DNA from: Verrucomicrobiota bacterium
GTDB lineage: Bacteria; Verrucomicrobiota; Verrucomicrobiia; Opitutales; Seribacteraceae
DNA length: 64,000 nucleotides
Reading direction: 5' to 3'
Assembly: GCA_027622665.1 (NCBI GenBank)
Contig: JAQBYT010000015.1
Location: 18,178 to 82,177 of the forward strand
A program made the position numbers and the translations under genes. Under the pieces are notes generated by a model, which saw nothing but the letters and a program-made list of their open reading frames with translations, was not told the origin of the DNA and did no database searches. Position 1 is the stretch's first letter; every line of letters starts with the position of its first letter. Positions 1 to 10,842 of the stretch are shown here, piece by piece.

Positions 1-3000
1 TCGGCAAAAGAAGCGGCGTGGACGGCGAGCCGCATAGCTGAACTTGAGTCGGCGAACGCGACGACCTCGCGACGATACGCGAGCGGCCATTCACGCTCCT
101 TGTAGGCTCCCGTCTCAGGTTCCTTGTAGCGGATGCGGAAAACTCCGAGATCACCCTTGCCCCGTGGATTCACCTTTACCACGTATAAGGCGTTACCTGC
201 CTCGGCGGCGGCAATTTCTGCGGCATCGATCGAATTGTCACGAAAGTACTCCTTCTTGAGTTGATGCTTCTCGAAGCCGACTTGACGATAAAGCTCCACT
301 CGCTCCGGATTGAATTCGATTTGCACCTTCAGGTCGGCAGCGGCAGGTCGAAGCGCCCCGGCAAGCTTGCGACTGAACATCTCGTCCACTGAGGACAGAT
401 CGTTAAGAAAGGCATAGCGTCCATCACCGTTACGAGAGAGCGTCTCCAACATATGGTCTTCGTAGCCATCCCAGCCAATGCCGAAACAGTCGAGGGCGAT
501 GCCGCGACGGCGTTGGTCTTCGACCTTCCCCTTGAGGGAAAGTGGAGCAAGCTCACCAAGGTTAGCCGCTCCATCGGTAAGGAGAATAACTCGGTTGCCG
601 CCCTTGGGCAGATATCGCTTGCGGGCGGTGGCGTAAGCGAGGTCGAGAGCTTCCTCGATATTCGTACCTCCCTCGGGAACAAGTTCACCCAGCTTTCGTA
701 CTGCATCGGCGAGCTTGTCGCCAGGCAGATTATCGATGCGAAGGCGGGCTCGACGGGCGAAACTGACGAGGCTTACACGATCACGATTCGTCAACTGCTT
801 GGACAGACCAAGGAGGGATTTGTGAATGAGGGCTACCCTGTCGGCGCGTTCCATGGATCCCGAGTTATCGAGAAGAAGCACGAGATTAAGAGGTTTCGCC
901 TGCTTGCGACCGGTAGCGGCGGCCTTGACGGAAAACCTCAGGACTTCGCGATCGTGGGCAAAGGGATGCCTAGCGCGTTCCCAACGGAAGGCGAGACGTT
1001 GACCCTCGGCGGGAAGCGGATCGCGGTAGTCGAAAGCATTCACGAACTCTTCGCTGCGGATAGTCGCCTTGGCGGGCCATTGTCCTTTCTTTAATGCGGC
1101 TTCTGCCAGACGCAAGGAAACATCGCTGACGTTCAGTGAGAAGGTGGAATAAGGCTGATCGACGGAGCGGAACTCGGGTTTCGGTTCGGTGGCAACGGCG
1201 GGCGGGACGGCGCTTATGTCTACAGGTTTTGGAGAATCCCGCTCGCTGTTTTTTGGTTGGCTCTCTTCATCGGATTCACCTTCTCGGGATGCTCCTTCCT
1301 TGAACTCAATTTTCTCCTCAGCCGTTTTCGCATCATCGTATTTGGCCGTTGAATCATTCAGTCGTTTGACCTTGTCGCCACTCTTCTTCTCGGTCGAATA
1401 TTCAATTGAATCCAGTGCCTCGTTTTCTGCGATGGATAAGCCATCTTTGGCAAACGAGTTTAACTTTTGGCCTGTTTGATCGAGACCGGATGGCCGACGA
1501 CCGGCACTAATCTCTTTTCCTTTTCCACTCTTCTCACTTTCTTTTTGAGATTCCAACAAGCGCAAGGATTCGTTTAGAGCGACTTGGCCTTGATCCACTA
1601 TGGGCGAAGCAGGTTTGGCGGGAGTTGACGGCAATTCGAACGCTGCCGAAGCACCGGAAAAGGGAAAAGGCTGGGAAGGGGTGAACTCAGGCGTTGGTTT
1701 CGACGAGATGATTGGCGCCGGAGCCGTTGCCAGTGGCGTCTTAGATTTGGAGATGGAGGATACTGATCCATCAACAGTCAAAGCCAGACCGGAGCCATTC
1801 GATATACGCGCCGCAACACCAAATACGGGCAAGTCGCTAGGCTCATTCAAGTCCACGACACCCCCTGAATTCAGGTTTTTGCGCAACAAATCACGGCCAC
1901 TCCGTGAATTCTCTTCACCATCGCGCTTGCGTTGGTCAGAGAGTAACCTCTCTTTGTCTTCGTCAGCCAGTTTGTGGGAATTCAAACCATTTCGATCCTT
2001 GCCCTTGCCGCCAAGGCCAAAGTCGGCGAAGGCTAGCAAGTTCTTCTTGGCTCCTTTTTCGCCTGCGACAGCTCCGGGGGCAGCGCCAAGCTCATCGTGA
2101 ACGGATGGAAAGTAGCGAGAGTGATCCTTGCCGGCAATAATTCGTCCACCGCCTCCGCCGACACCACCAGATCGTCTCGGTCTAGCGGTTGCGAGACTTC
2201 CCTCCTTGCTCGGAGAGAGTTTGCCGTCTCGCTTCCCCGGAGAAACAAGATCCGAAGCATGGCCACGGCGAATTGCCGAATAATCCTCCTCTCGTTTGTA
2301 TTCATCGACAGTAGCATGACCTGTAGGCCCTGAAGACGGCACAGGTGCCTTCTTCGTAAAATCCAAGATAGCGGTACGCGTTAAGCTCTCCCTTTCCTCA
2401 CGAAGATCATCGTCGTCTGCAGAAACGGCCAACCTTTCTCCAGTTGGGTTTGTCCGGAAGTGAGCTTGATTAAGTGGTTTGGCAGCCGATTCGTAAGAGA
2501 AGCCTCCGACGAATCCGGGATCGGCGGACACGACCGAGGGCTCGGAAGCGGCTCTCTTGCCGCTGGTCTCGGTCTTGAATTTGGTAACGGTGTTGGGATC
2601 GGCGGATCGTTGAGGCACTAGTAATCCGGCTCCTGCAGCGGACACTCCCCCGGAGGCAGAAGCAGTCTGCTTGTCAATGACGTCGGCTTCCAAAAACGAA
2701 TAAATTGTACCTACGGGTAGATTGCTTGTTGAGCCAAGATTGGGTTCCTTGTCGCCCAGTTCAAGATCCGAGGTGGGCGACGGCGTCTTCCCCTTTTCAT
2801 TGCCAAAGGCAACTTGTGAAGGATGTAAGCCTCCACCCACCAGATCCAAGTCTTTTAGGCCATGTTCTTTGGCTTGAAGATTCGACATCGGATTCTTGGC
2901 AGGGGGTAATTCTTCTATAGTGGCAACACCCGCAACGGTGACAGTATCGGATATGGTGGTAGTGTTGAACCCTTCCGAAAGCTCTCCGTTAAGCTCATCG

Positions 3001-3716
3001 ATTTTCGTGACTAGGCGTCTATCCAAGATTGCATTGGAATCTCTGGACACTTTCAGGTCGAGAGCTTGACTCACCTCGGCATCAAACTTACCCGAGGGAA
3101 TCTGATTGATATCGTTGGGCGCATCTTCCTCATCTTGCCCCACAAGTTCCTGCATGCTCTCGCCTCGATAGATAAAGGCAGATGCACTAGTGGACGTAGG
3201 GACGGAATTTCTATCCGAGGTCGACTCGAAGGCATCCTGAGTGGCCAAAGCCATATTCTCTTCGTGCTTCGTCTGTTCATTTAAGGAGCTAACGATCACT
3301 CCCATAGCTCCAACCGTAACGACGGCAGCCGCGGCCATGGGAAGGAAGCGACTAAGTTTACCGCGAGGACTCTCTACAGGTTCGGTGACGCATTCGAAGT
3401 GGATTGTTTTTTCCGATTCTTCCGTTTCGTGATCCGTGCCATCATCGGTCCACAGTTTTTCCAGCACCTGACGCCTCTGAGGGGCTAGTCGGAAGGTATC
3501 CGAATCAAGATCGGCCTTGGCTCTGGCGGACTCAGCGACAAGGTCTAGGGTTTGTTCGAGTCGATCGCGGTAAGCCCGCAGGTCGGCGTCGTGAGCGAGG
3601 AGATCCTCGATGGATTTCGCCTCCTCGGCATTGAGTTCATCCAAAAGCAAGGCCAGTACGCGTTCTTCGCACACCTCTTGATCACTTCTGGTATTCTGAT
3701 TTTCTTCGTTGTTCAT
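1..3716 (-). CDS. Anti-sigma-like membrane protein with long low-complexity region and C-terminal vWF_A/VWA (YfbK-like) domain; 3' end runs off the window (>1238 aa)
   Basis: Not in the ORF track because no stop codon falls in the window. Manual translation from ATG 3716 (ATGA overlap with the sigma stop) gives MNNEENQ...RVLALLLDELNAEEAKSIEDLLAHD, then a TM helix FLPMAAAAVVTVGAMGVIV. The same frame near 1200-850 reads PYSTFSLNVSDVS...IRSEEFVNAFDY...LNLVLLLDNSGSM (MIDAS DxSxS at 855-869). Confidence 0.85.
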   Translation of the reverse strand, partial: MNNEENQNTRSDQEVCEERVLALLLDELNAEEAKSIEDLLAHDADLRAYRDRLEQTLDLVAESARAKADLDSDTFRLAPQRRQVLEKLWTDDGTDHETEESEKTIHFECVTEPVESPRGKLSRFLPMAAAAVVTVGAMGVIVSSLNEQTKHEENMALATQDAFESTSDRNSVPTSTSASAFIYRGESMQELVGQDEEDAPNDINQIPSGKFDAEVSQALDLKVSRDSNAILDRRLVTKIDELNGELSEGFNTTTISDTVTVAGVATIEELPPAKNPMSNLQAKEHGLKDLDLVGGGLHPSQVAFGNEKGKTPSPTSDLELGDKEPNLGSTSNLPVGTIYSFLEADVIDKQTASASGGVSAAGAGLLVPQRSADPNTVTKFKTETSGKRAASEPSVVSADPGFVGGFSYESAAKPLNQAHFRTNPTGERLAVSADDDDLREERESLTRTAILDFTKKAPVPSSGPTGHATVDEYKREEDYSAIRRGHASDLVSPGKRDGKLSPSKEGSLATARPRRSGGVGGGGGRIIAGKDHSRYFPSVHDELGAAPGAVAGEKGAKKNLLAFADFGLGGKGKDRNGLNSHKLADEDKERLLSDQRKRDGEENSRSGRDLLRKNLNSGGVVDLNEPSDLPVFGVAARISNGSGLALTVDGSVSSISKSKTPLATAPAPIISSKPTPEFTPSQPFPFSGASAAFELPSTPAKPASPIVDQGQVALNESLRLLESQKESEKSGKGKEISAGRRPSGLDQTGQKLNSFAKDGLSIAENEALDSIEYSTEKKSGDKVKRLNDSTAKYDDAKTAEEKIEFKEGASREGESDEESQPKNSERDSPKPVDISAVPPAVATEPKPEFRSVDQPYSTFSLNVSDVSLRLAEAALKKGQWPAKATIRSEEFVNAFDYRDPLPAEGQRLAFRWERARHPFAHDREVLRFSVKAAATGRKQAKPLNLVLLLDNSGSMERADRVALIHKSLLGLSKQLTNRDRVSLVSFARRARLRIDNLPGDKLADAVRKLGELVPEGGTNIEEALDLAYATARKRYLPKGGNRVILLTDGAANLGELAPLSLKGKVEDQRRRGIALDCFGIGWDGYEDHMLETLSRNGDGRYAFLNDLSSVDEMFSRKLAGALRPAAADLKVQIEFNPERVELYRQVGFEKHQLKKEYFRDNSIDAAEIAAAEAGNALYVVKVNPRGKGDLGVFRIRYKEPETGAYKEREWPLAYRREVVAFADSSSAMRLAVHAASFA

Positions 3717-4291
3717 ACTAGTGCTCCTTCTCGTTCCATTTCCCCTGCCAAAAGTTTGATTGCGTGATGCAATTTGTAGCCAACGTTACCGATGGACATG
3801 CCTGTGGTGGTAGCCATCTCCTTATAAGAAAGCCCTTCCACAAATTTCATTTCGAGCAAAATTCGCATGTCTTCGGCGAGGCGATCCAAGCAAAGCATTG
3901 CCAAACCTACCGACTCCAAGCGCTCGGCACGATCGTCGGGCAAGGGTTGCTCGTCAATTTGTTCCATCGAAGGCGAATCGTCTTCGCCGACTATCGGGCT
4001 AAAGGGAACAACCTTTCCGTGTTTGCGTTTGTAACTAAAGGCCAAGTTTCGCGAGGTACGATAGAGCCAAGCGCTAGGTTGCCGAACTTCGTCGAAATGC
4101 TGATGCAGGCGCAGAAAGCTTTCCTGCACAATGTCTTGGGCTTCGTCTCGGTCGTTCATCAGATGGTATACGTAGGCAAGCAACGGTCCTTCCATAGACG
4201 CAAAGATCTCCTCAAGCGTGAGGGAACTCTCGTCCGCCTCGCCCTTTTCTTTGGTCATGTCTTCTGACATTTTGAGGGAGAAAACTTCCAT
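3713..4291 (-). CDS. ECF (sigma-70 group 4) RNA polymerase sigma factor
   Basis: Region 2 (DEAQDIVQESFLRL...AWLYRTSRN) and region 4 (LSYKEMATTTGMSIGNVGYKLHHA); 192 aa. Confidence 0.92.
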   Translation of the reverse strand: MEVFSLKMSEDMTKEKGEADESSLTLEEIFASMEGPLLAYVYHLMNDRDEAQDIVQESFLRLHQHFDEVRQPSAWLYRTSRNLAFSYKRKHGKVVPFSPIVGEDDSPSMEQIDEQPLPDDRAERLESVGLAMLCLDRLAEDMRILLEMKFVEGLSYKEMATTTGMSIGNVGYKLHHAIKLLAGEMEREGALV

Positions 4292-4457
4292 TTGCGTCTA
4301 TTGAAGATATCGTCGTTCACATTCTAAGACGCACCAAGTCACGACTTCTTGGAAAAAAAGTACTTATTATCAAAACACAGCAAGGTCGACGGGAAAAAAG
4401 AATGTCCAAAGGGATTTCAACTTGCGAACAGTTCAAGCTTCCAAAGAATGCGTAGTG

Positions 4458-5690
4458 ATGAATAAGATTATCTTTTTATTACCGCTCTTATCAGGGCTAA
4501 CAATTACTCATGCAGGGGACTGGCCGGGTTGGCGCGGGACAGATCGCACGGATGTTTCCAAAGAAACGGGACTCTTGCAGGAATGGCCTGAAAGCGGCCC
4601 AAAGCTAACATGGCTAAGCAAGGAGGGAGGTTTGGGTTACTCCAGTTTCTCCGTAGTCGGAAACCAGCTTTTCACGATGGGTGCCTTCGACCAGAAGGAG
4701 AAGCTTCTAGCCTTGAACGCCCTAACCGGGAAAAAGCTCTGGGAGGTTGAGGTAGGGGCTTTGCTGACAAACAATTGGGGAGACGGTCCGCGGATGAGTC
4801 CTGCGGTGGCGGATGGTTTAGTCTACGCCTTGGGTGGTCGAGGCAAACTCGTGTGCGTAGAGGTCGAGACCGGTAAGATACGTTGGTCGAAGGAGCTGGT
4901 GGAGGATCTTGGTGGTAAAGTGCCGGGTTGGGGCTATACGGAATCGGTATTGGTGGACCAAGGAAGAGTCATCTGTACCCCGGGAGGGAAAAAAGGGGCC
5001 CTAGCCGCTCTTGACGCCAAAACCGGAAATGTGCTTTGGCAATCCAAGGATTTCACCGACGGAGCTCAGTATTCGTCACCCATCGCCATCGAGCATGGAG
5101 GCAATCGACAGTACGTCCAGTTGGTCATGAAAAATCTGGTGGGAATCAAGGCAGACGACGGAGACCTGTTATGGAAATCAGCTTGGCCGGGCCGAACCGC
5201 CGTTATTCCGACCCCGATCCACGATGAAGGATTTGTATATATCTCTTCCGGATACGGCGTAGGTTGCAAGCTAGTGAAGCTCGGAGCAAACAGCGCCGAG
5301 GACGTGTACGACAACAAGATCATGAAAAACCACCATGGTGGCGTCATCAAACTTGGAGATCACCTCTACGGCTATTCCGATGGATACGGTTGGGTATGCC
5401 AAGACTTCAAGACGGGGGAATTGGTTTGGAATGAAAAAAAAGCGCTGGGTAAAGGAGCCATCGCTTACGCGGACAACCGTTTTATCTGCCAGTCTGAACG
5501 TGACGGAAACGTGGTGCTGATCGAGGCCTCTTCGACAGGATGGAAAGAAATGGGGCGATTCGTCCTTACTCCGCAAACCTTGCTCCGCAAGAAAAGCGGC
5601 AAGATCTGGACTCACCCCGTCATCTCCCACGGCAAGCTTTACCTGCGCGACCAAGAGTTGATTTTCTGTTTCGACGTTAAATCGGGTTAA
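4458..5690 (+). CDS. Secreted PQQ-like beta-propeller protein (BamB-like family expanded in PVC bacteria)
   Basis: Signal peptide, then DWPGWRG; repeated xALxAxTGKxLW blades; C-terminal WTHPVISHGKLYLRD. Start ATG 4458 preferred over the track's TTG 4422. Confidence 0.88.
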   Translation: MNKIIFLLPLLSGLTITHAGDWPGWRGTDRTDVSKETGLLQEWPESGPKLTWLSKEGGLGYSSFSVVGNQLFTMGAFDQKEKLLALNALTGKKLWEVEVGALLTNNWGDGPRMSPAVADGLVYALGGRGKLVCVEVETGKIRWSKELVEDLGGKVPGWGYTESVLVDQGRVICTPGGKKGALAALDAKTGNVLWQSKDFTDGAQYSSPIAIEHGGNRQYVQLVMKNLVGIKADDGDLLWKSAWPGRTAVIPTPIHDEGFVYISSGYGVGCKLVKLGANSAEDVYDNKIMKNHHGGVIKLGDHLYGYSDGYGWVCQDFKTGELVWNEKKALGKGAIAYADNRFICQSERDGNVVLIEASSTGWKEMGRFVLTPQTLLRKKSGKIWTHPVISHGKLYLRDQELIFCFDVKSG

Positions 5691-5717
5691 TTTGCCGAAT
5701 CCACAAGCGGAGCCACC

Positions 5718-6095
5718 ATGACCGACTCCGTTTATCGCCGCATTCTTCGCCTTGCCGAGAGAGAAGTAAAGCAGGCTCAGGAATCGCTCTCAGGGGATTT
5801 GGCGGAAAAAGCCAAGATCTTACCCGTGATCTTCGAGCCTTGCCCCGGCAAAGAACTGGTGTTGGATGGAGTGGAACCCGACCTGCTCGGTCTGTTCAGT
5901 GGCTCATCCTTTCCCGAAGGTCTCGCAGATGATTCAGCTCCACCCACGGTTCACGTCTTCCTTGAGAACCTTTGGGAGTTTTGCGATGAAGACGAGGGCA
6001 CTTTCATCGAAGAGGTTCGAATCACCTACCTTCATGAACTCGGTCACTATCTGGGCTTGGAAGAAAACGACTTGGAAAGGCGAGGGCTTGCCTAG
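5718..6095 (+). CDS. Minimal zincin metallopeptidase (Zincin_1 family)
   Basis: DLLGLF...EEVRITYLHELGHYLG (HEXXH); 125 aa. Confidence 0.85.
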   Translation: MTDSVYRRILRLAEREVKQAQESLSGDLAEKAKILPVIFEPCPGKELVLDGVEPDLLGLFSGSSFPEGLADDSAPPTVHVFLENLWEFCDEDEGTFIEEVRITYLHELGHYLGLEENDLERRGLA

Positions 6096-6105
6096 CCCGG
6101 AACAC

Positions 6106-6142
6106 AAGAAGGCGTCCCGGAATTAACCGAGACGCCTTCTTT
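6106..6142. terminator. Bidirectional intrinsic terminator between convergent zincin gene and groEL
   Basis: AAGAAGGCGTC (6106-6116) and GACGCCTTCTT (6131-6141) form a perfect 11-bp inverted repeat, extendable inward. Confidence 0.75.
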
Positions 6143-6168
6143 AAACTAATAGTCAGTTAGGCTGAGCC

Positions 6169-8141
<1,973 letters not shown>

Positions 8142-8257
8142 TTTTTGTTGGTATTAGGTTTAACTTAGTTGTGAGGATGAATACTTTGACTTCGCAGAAA
8201 GACTTAAGTCAGTTGTTTCGTCTCAGTATTTAAAAGATGTGCGTTGAAAGAATGGTA

Positions 8258-10225
8258 TCAGCTTTTGCCCTTGTCTTCGTCTACAACTTCGAAGTCGGCT
8301 TCTACAATATCTTCTTCCTTAGATCCCCTGGAAGAATCGGATCCGGATTTATTGCCCGTATCAGTGCTTGTACCTGCAGCAGCAGGATCAGACGCCCCTG
8401 CAGCAGTACCAGCGTTTTCATAGACTTGCTTGCCTATGACTTCAAGCGACTTGAGCAAGGAATCCTTGGCTTGTTTTAAAATGTCGGCACTTGCTCCTTG
8501 CTCTTCCAATACCTTTTTCGCTGAAGCGATGGCTTCCTCGACGGTCAACTTCATGTCGGCAGGAACCTTGTCCCCTAGGTCGGTTAGCTGTTTTTCGCCT
8601 TGGTAAACCATGGAGTCCAGTTCATTTCGAGCAACTACTTGATCTTTTTTGGTTTTATCGGCATCGGCAAACTTCTCTGCTTCCTTGCGCAAACGTTCAA
8701 TTTCGGTTTCATCAAGACTCGAAGAGCCCGAAATGGTAATTTTCTGATCTTTACCCGAACCCAAGTCTTTTGCGGTCACATTTAAAATCCCGTTGGCATC
8801 AATATCGAAAGTGACCTCGATTTGAGGCACTCCTCGGGGTGCCGAAGGAAGACCGTCCAATTTGAAAGTACCAAGAATCTTGTTGTCTTGGGACATGGGG
8901 CGTTCGCCTTGCAGCACCACGATATCGACGGCCGGTTGATTATCCGCAGCCGTAGAAAAGGTCTGAGTTTTCCTGGTCGGAATAGTCGTATTCCTCTCAA
9001 TCATGGCAGTGGCGACTGATCCAGCGGTCTCAATCCCCAAGGTAAGGGGAGAAACGTCTAGCAGAAGAACATCGTTCACATCACCTTGCAGCACCGCACC
9101 TTGAATACCAGCACCAATGGCTACCACTTCGTCAGGATTAACACCTTGATGGGGTTCCTTGCCGACAAGCTCATGAGCCAACTTGATTATCTTCGGGCTA
9201 CGAGTCATGCCGCCAACGAGAACCAAGTTGCCCACTTCTCCAGCAGAAACACCTGCGTCTTTTAGGCAAGAGTCGAAAGGGCCTTTCGTGCGCTCATACA
9301 AGTCTTCGCAGATTTGTTCCAACTTAGCACGTGTGAAATGCACATTGAGGTGCTTGGGTCCGGAGGCATCGGCCGTGATAAACGGTAAATTGATGTCGGT
9401 GGCTTGGGTGGACGACAGAGCTATCTTAGCTTTCTCGGCTTCTTCCTTCAACCGCTGCATGGCCATCGGATCCGAACTGAGATCGACACCTTGATCACTT
9501 TTAAATTCGTTCACCAACCAATCGATAATGAGTTGATCCCAGTTGTCTCCGCCAAGGCGGGTATCGCCGTTGGTAGCCTTTACCTCAAAAACACCCTCGG
9601 CAATTTCGAGAACTGAAATATCAAAGGTTCCCCCGCCCAAATCGTAAACAGCTATCGTTTCTTCACCTTTCTTCTCCAAGCCATAAGCCAACGAAGCAGC
9701 GGTCGGTTCATTAATGATACGCATGACCTCAAGACCGGCGATTGAACCGGCGTCCTTGGTTGCCCGACGTTGATCATCATTAAAGTAGGCCGGAACCGTG
9801 ATCACCGCTTGCGTAACGGGTTCACCTAGATAGGCTTCTGCATCAGCCTTGAGTTTGGCCAAGATCATGGACGCAATCTGTTCGGGCATGAAGATTTCGG
9901 TTTTACCCTCCACTACACACTCAAAAGCCGCAGCACCATTCTTTCCCTTGACAACCTTACAGGGTTGATTCGCGACCTCGTCCTTCACTTCATCGAACTT
10001 TCGACCGATCAAACGTTTGGCCGAAAAAATGGTATTGGCGGGATTAGTCACCGCCTGCCTTTTAGCAGCTTGCCCAACTAATCGCTCTCCGTCCTTTCCG
10101 AAGGCGACGATGGACGGAGTCGTCCGGGCACCTTCAGCATTAGGAATTACTTTGGGCTCGCCAGCTTCCATGACGGCCATGCAGGAATTGCTGGTACCTA
10201 GATCTATGCCGATAATTTTGCTCAC
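8258..10225 (-). CDS. dnaK: Molecular chaperone DnaK (GTG start)
   Basis: [35 protein letters not shown]; 655 aa. Confidence 0.99.
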   Translation of the reverse strand: MSKIIGIDLGTSNSCMAVMEAGEPKVIPNAEGARTTPSIVAFGKDGERLVGQAAKRQAVTNPANTIFSAKRLIGRKFDEVKDEVANQPCKVVKGKNGAAAFECVVEGKTEIFMPEQIASMILAKLKADAEAYLGEPVTQAVITVPAYFNDDQRRATKDAGSIAGLEVMRIINEPTAASLAYGLEKKGEETIAVYDLGGGTFDISVLEIAEGVFEVKATNGDTRLGGDNWDQLIIDWLVNEFKSDQGVDLSSDPMAMQRLKEEAEKAKIALSSTQATDINLPFITADASGPKHLNVHFTRAKLEQICEDLYERTKGPFDSCLKDAGVSAGEVGNLVLVGGMTRSPKIIKLAHELVGKEPHQGVNPDEVVAIGAGIQGAVLQGDVNDVLLLDVSPLTLGIETAGSVATAMIERNTTIPTRKTQTFSTAADNQPAVDIVVLQGERPMSQDNKILGTFKLDGLPSAPRGVPQIEVTFDIDANGILNVTAKDLGSGKDQKITISGSSSLDETEIERLRKEAEKFADADKTKKDQVVARNELDSMVYQGEKQLTDLGDKVPADMKLTVEEAIASAKKVLEEQGASADILKQAKDSLLKSLEVIGKQVYENAGTAAGASDPAAAGTSTDTGNKSGSDSSRGSKEEDIVEADFEVVDEDKGKS

Positions 10226-10236
10226 AGTATTTTAAA

Positions 10237-10252
10237 TGCAGGATATGCGCCC
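10237..10252 (-). promoter_or_regulatory. Putative sigma54 (-24/-12) promoter of dnaK-groES-groEL
   Basis: Minus strand GGGCGCATATCCTGCA has the GG-N10-GC spacing of TGGCACG-N4-TTGCW. Predicted +1 falls next to the dnaK GTG. Confidence 0.5.
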
Positions 10253-10339
10253 ATAATTCGATGAATATTCAAAATGTTGATATACAGCAGGTTGTGCGAC
10301 ATTACAGGATCGGTGCCCTGGGTCGAAACAACTTAAAAC

Positions 10340-10379
10340 GTGACCGTGAGTCACAACCACGTCACAGTAACTGTGACTC
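10340..10379. promoter_or_regulatory. Cluster of GTGAC/GTCAC palindromic sites (candidate activator-binding sites)
   Basis: GTGAC-N5-GTCAC (10340-10354); perfect GTCACAGT-A-ACTGTGAC (10361-10377); GAGTCACA/TGTGACTC (10348-10355 and 10372-10379). Confidence 0.55.
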
Positions 10380-10395
10380 TTTCGACAATAGGCCA

Positions 10396-10797
10396 TCATG
10401 TCTTATTGTCTTGAAACTGTTCGCTGTCAGGATCGGGGAAGTCATCGCTCTTTTCTTCAAATACCTCGGGTAAACAATCAAGGATTTCTAGGACTCGGTT
10501 GCCTCGCTCGATTCCTTCATCCCGAACAAATCGTAACTTCGGGCTGTATTTAAGTACGACGTGCCGTCCAACTTCATTCCTGATTTCTCCTACTTTCTTT
10601 CGAAAGAAAACAGCGGCCTCTTTAAAATGAGTCTCTTCGCCAAGAACAGAATACGCGACCGTTCCATTTCGAAGGTCAGGCGAAACATCGACGGAGGTAA
10701 TCGTCCATCGCACACTCTCGCTACGATAGCGGATGTGAAGGTAGTTGCTGATCTCGCGTTTGACGAGTTCGTTGACTCTTTGGGTTCGTTGCCCCAT
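10396..10797 (-). CDS. rbfA: Ribosome-binding factor A
   Basis: RTQRVNELVKREIS, VDVSPDLR, KYSPKLRFVRD; follows infB. Confidence 0.95.
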   Translation of the reverse strand: MGQRTQRVNELVKREISNYLHIRYRSESVRWTITSVDVSPDLRNGTVAYSVLGEETHFKEAAVFFRKKVGEIRNEVGRHVVLKYSPKLRFVRDEGIERGNRVLEILDCLPEVFEEKSDDFPDPDSEQFQDNKT

Positions 10798-10842
10798 GCC
10801 TTTACAAGTTTACCTTTGTGGGACGAGTGGTAAAATAGGTGG

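Noticed and set aside
44..3767. Many short track ORFs, such as 453-1094 and 1600-2100 (+)
   Set aside because: They are shadows of the long minus-strand anti-sigma/vWA ORF.
8142..10395. CIRCE/HrcA operator for the chaperone operon
   Set aside because: No TTAGCACTC-N9-GAGTGCTAA upstream of dnaK or groES.
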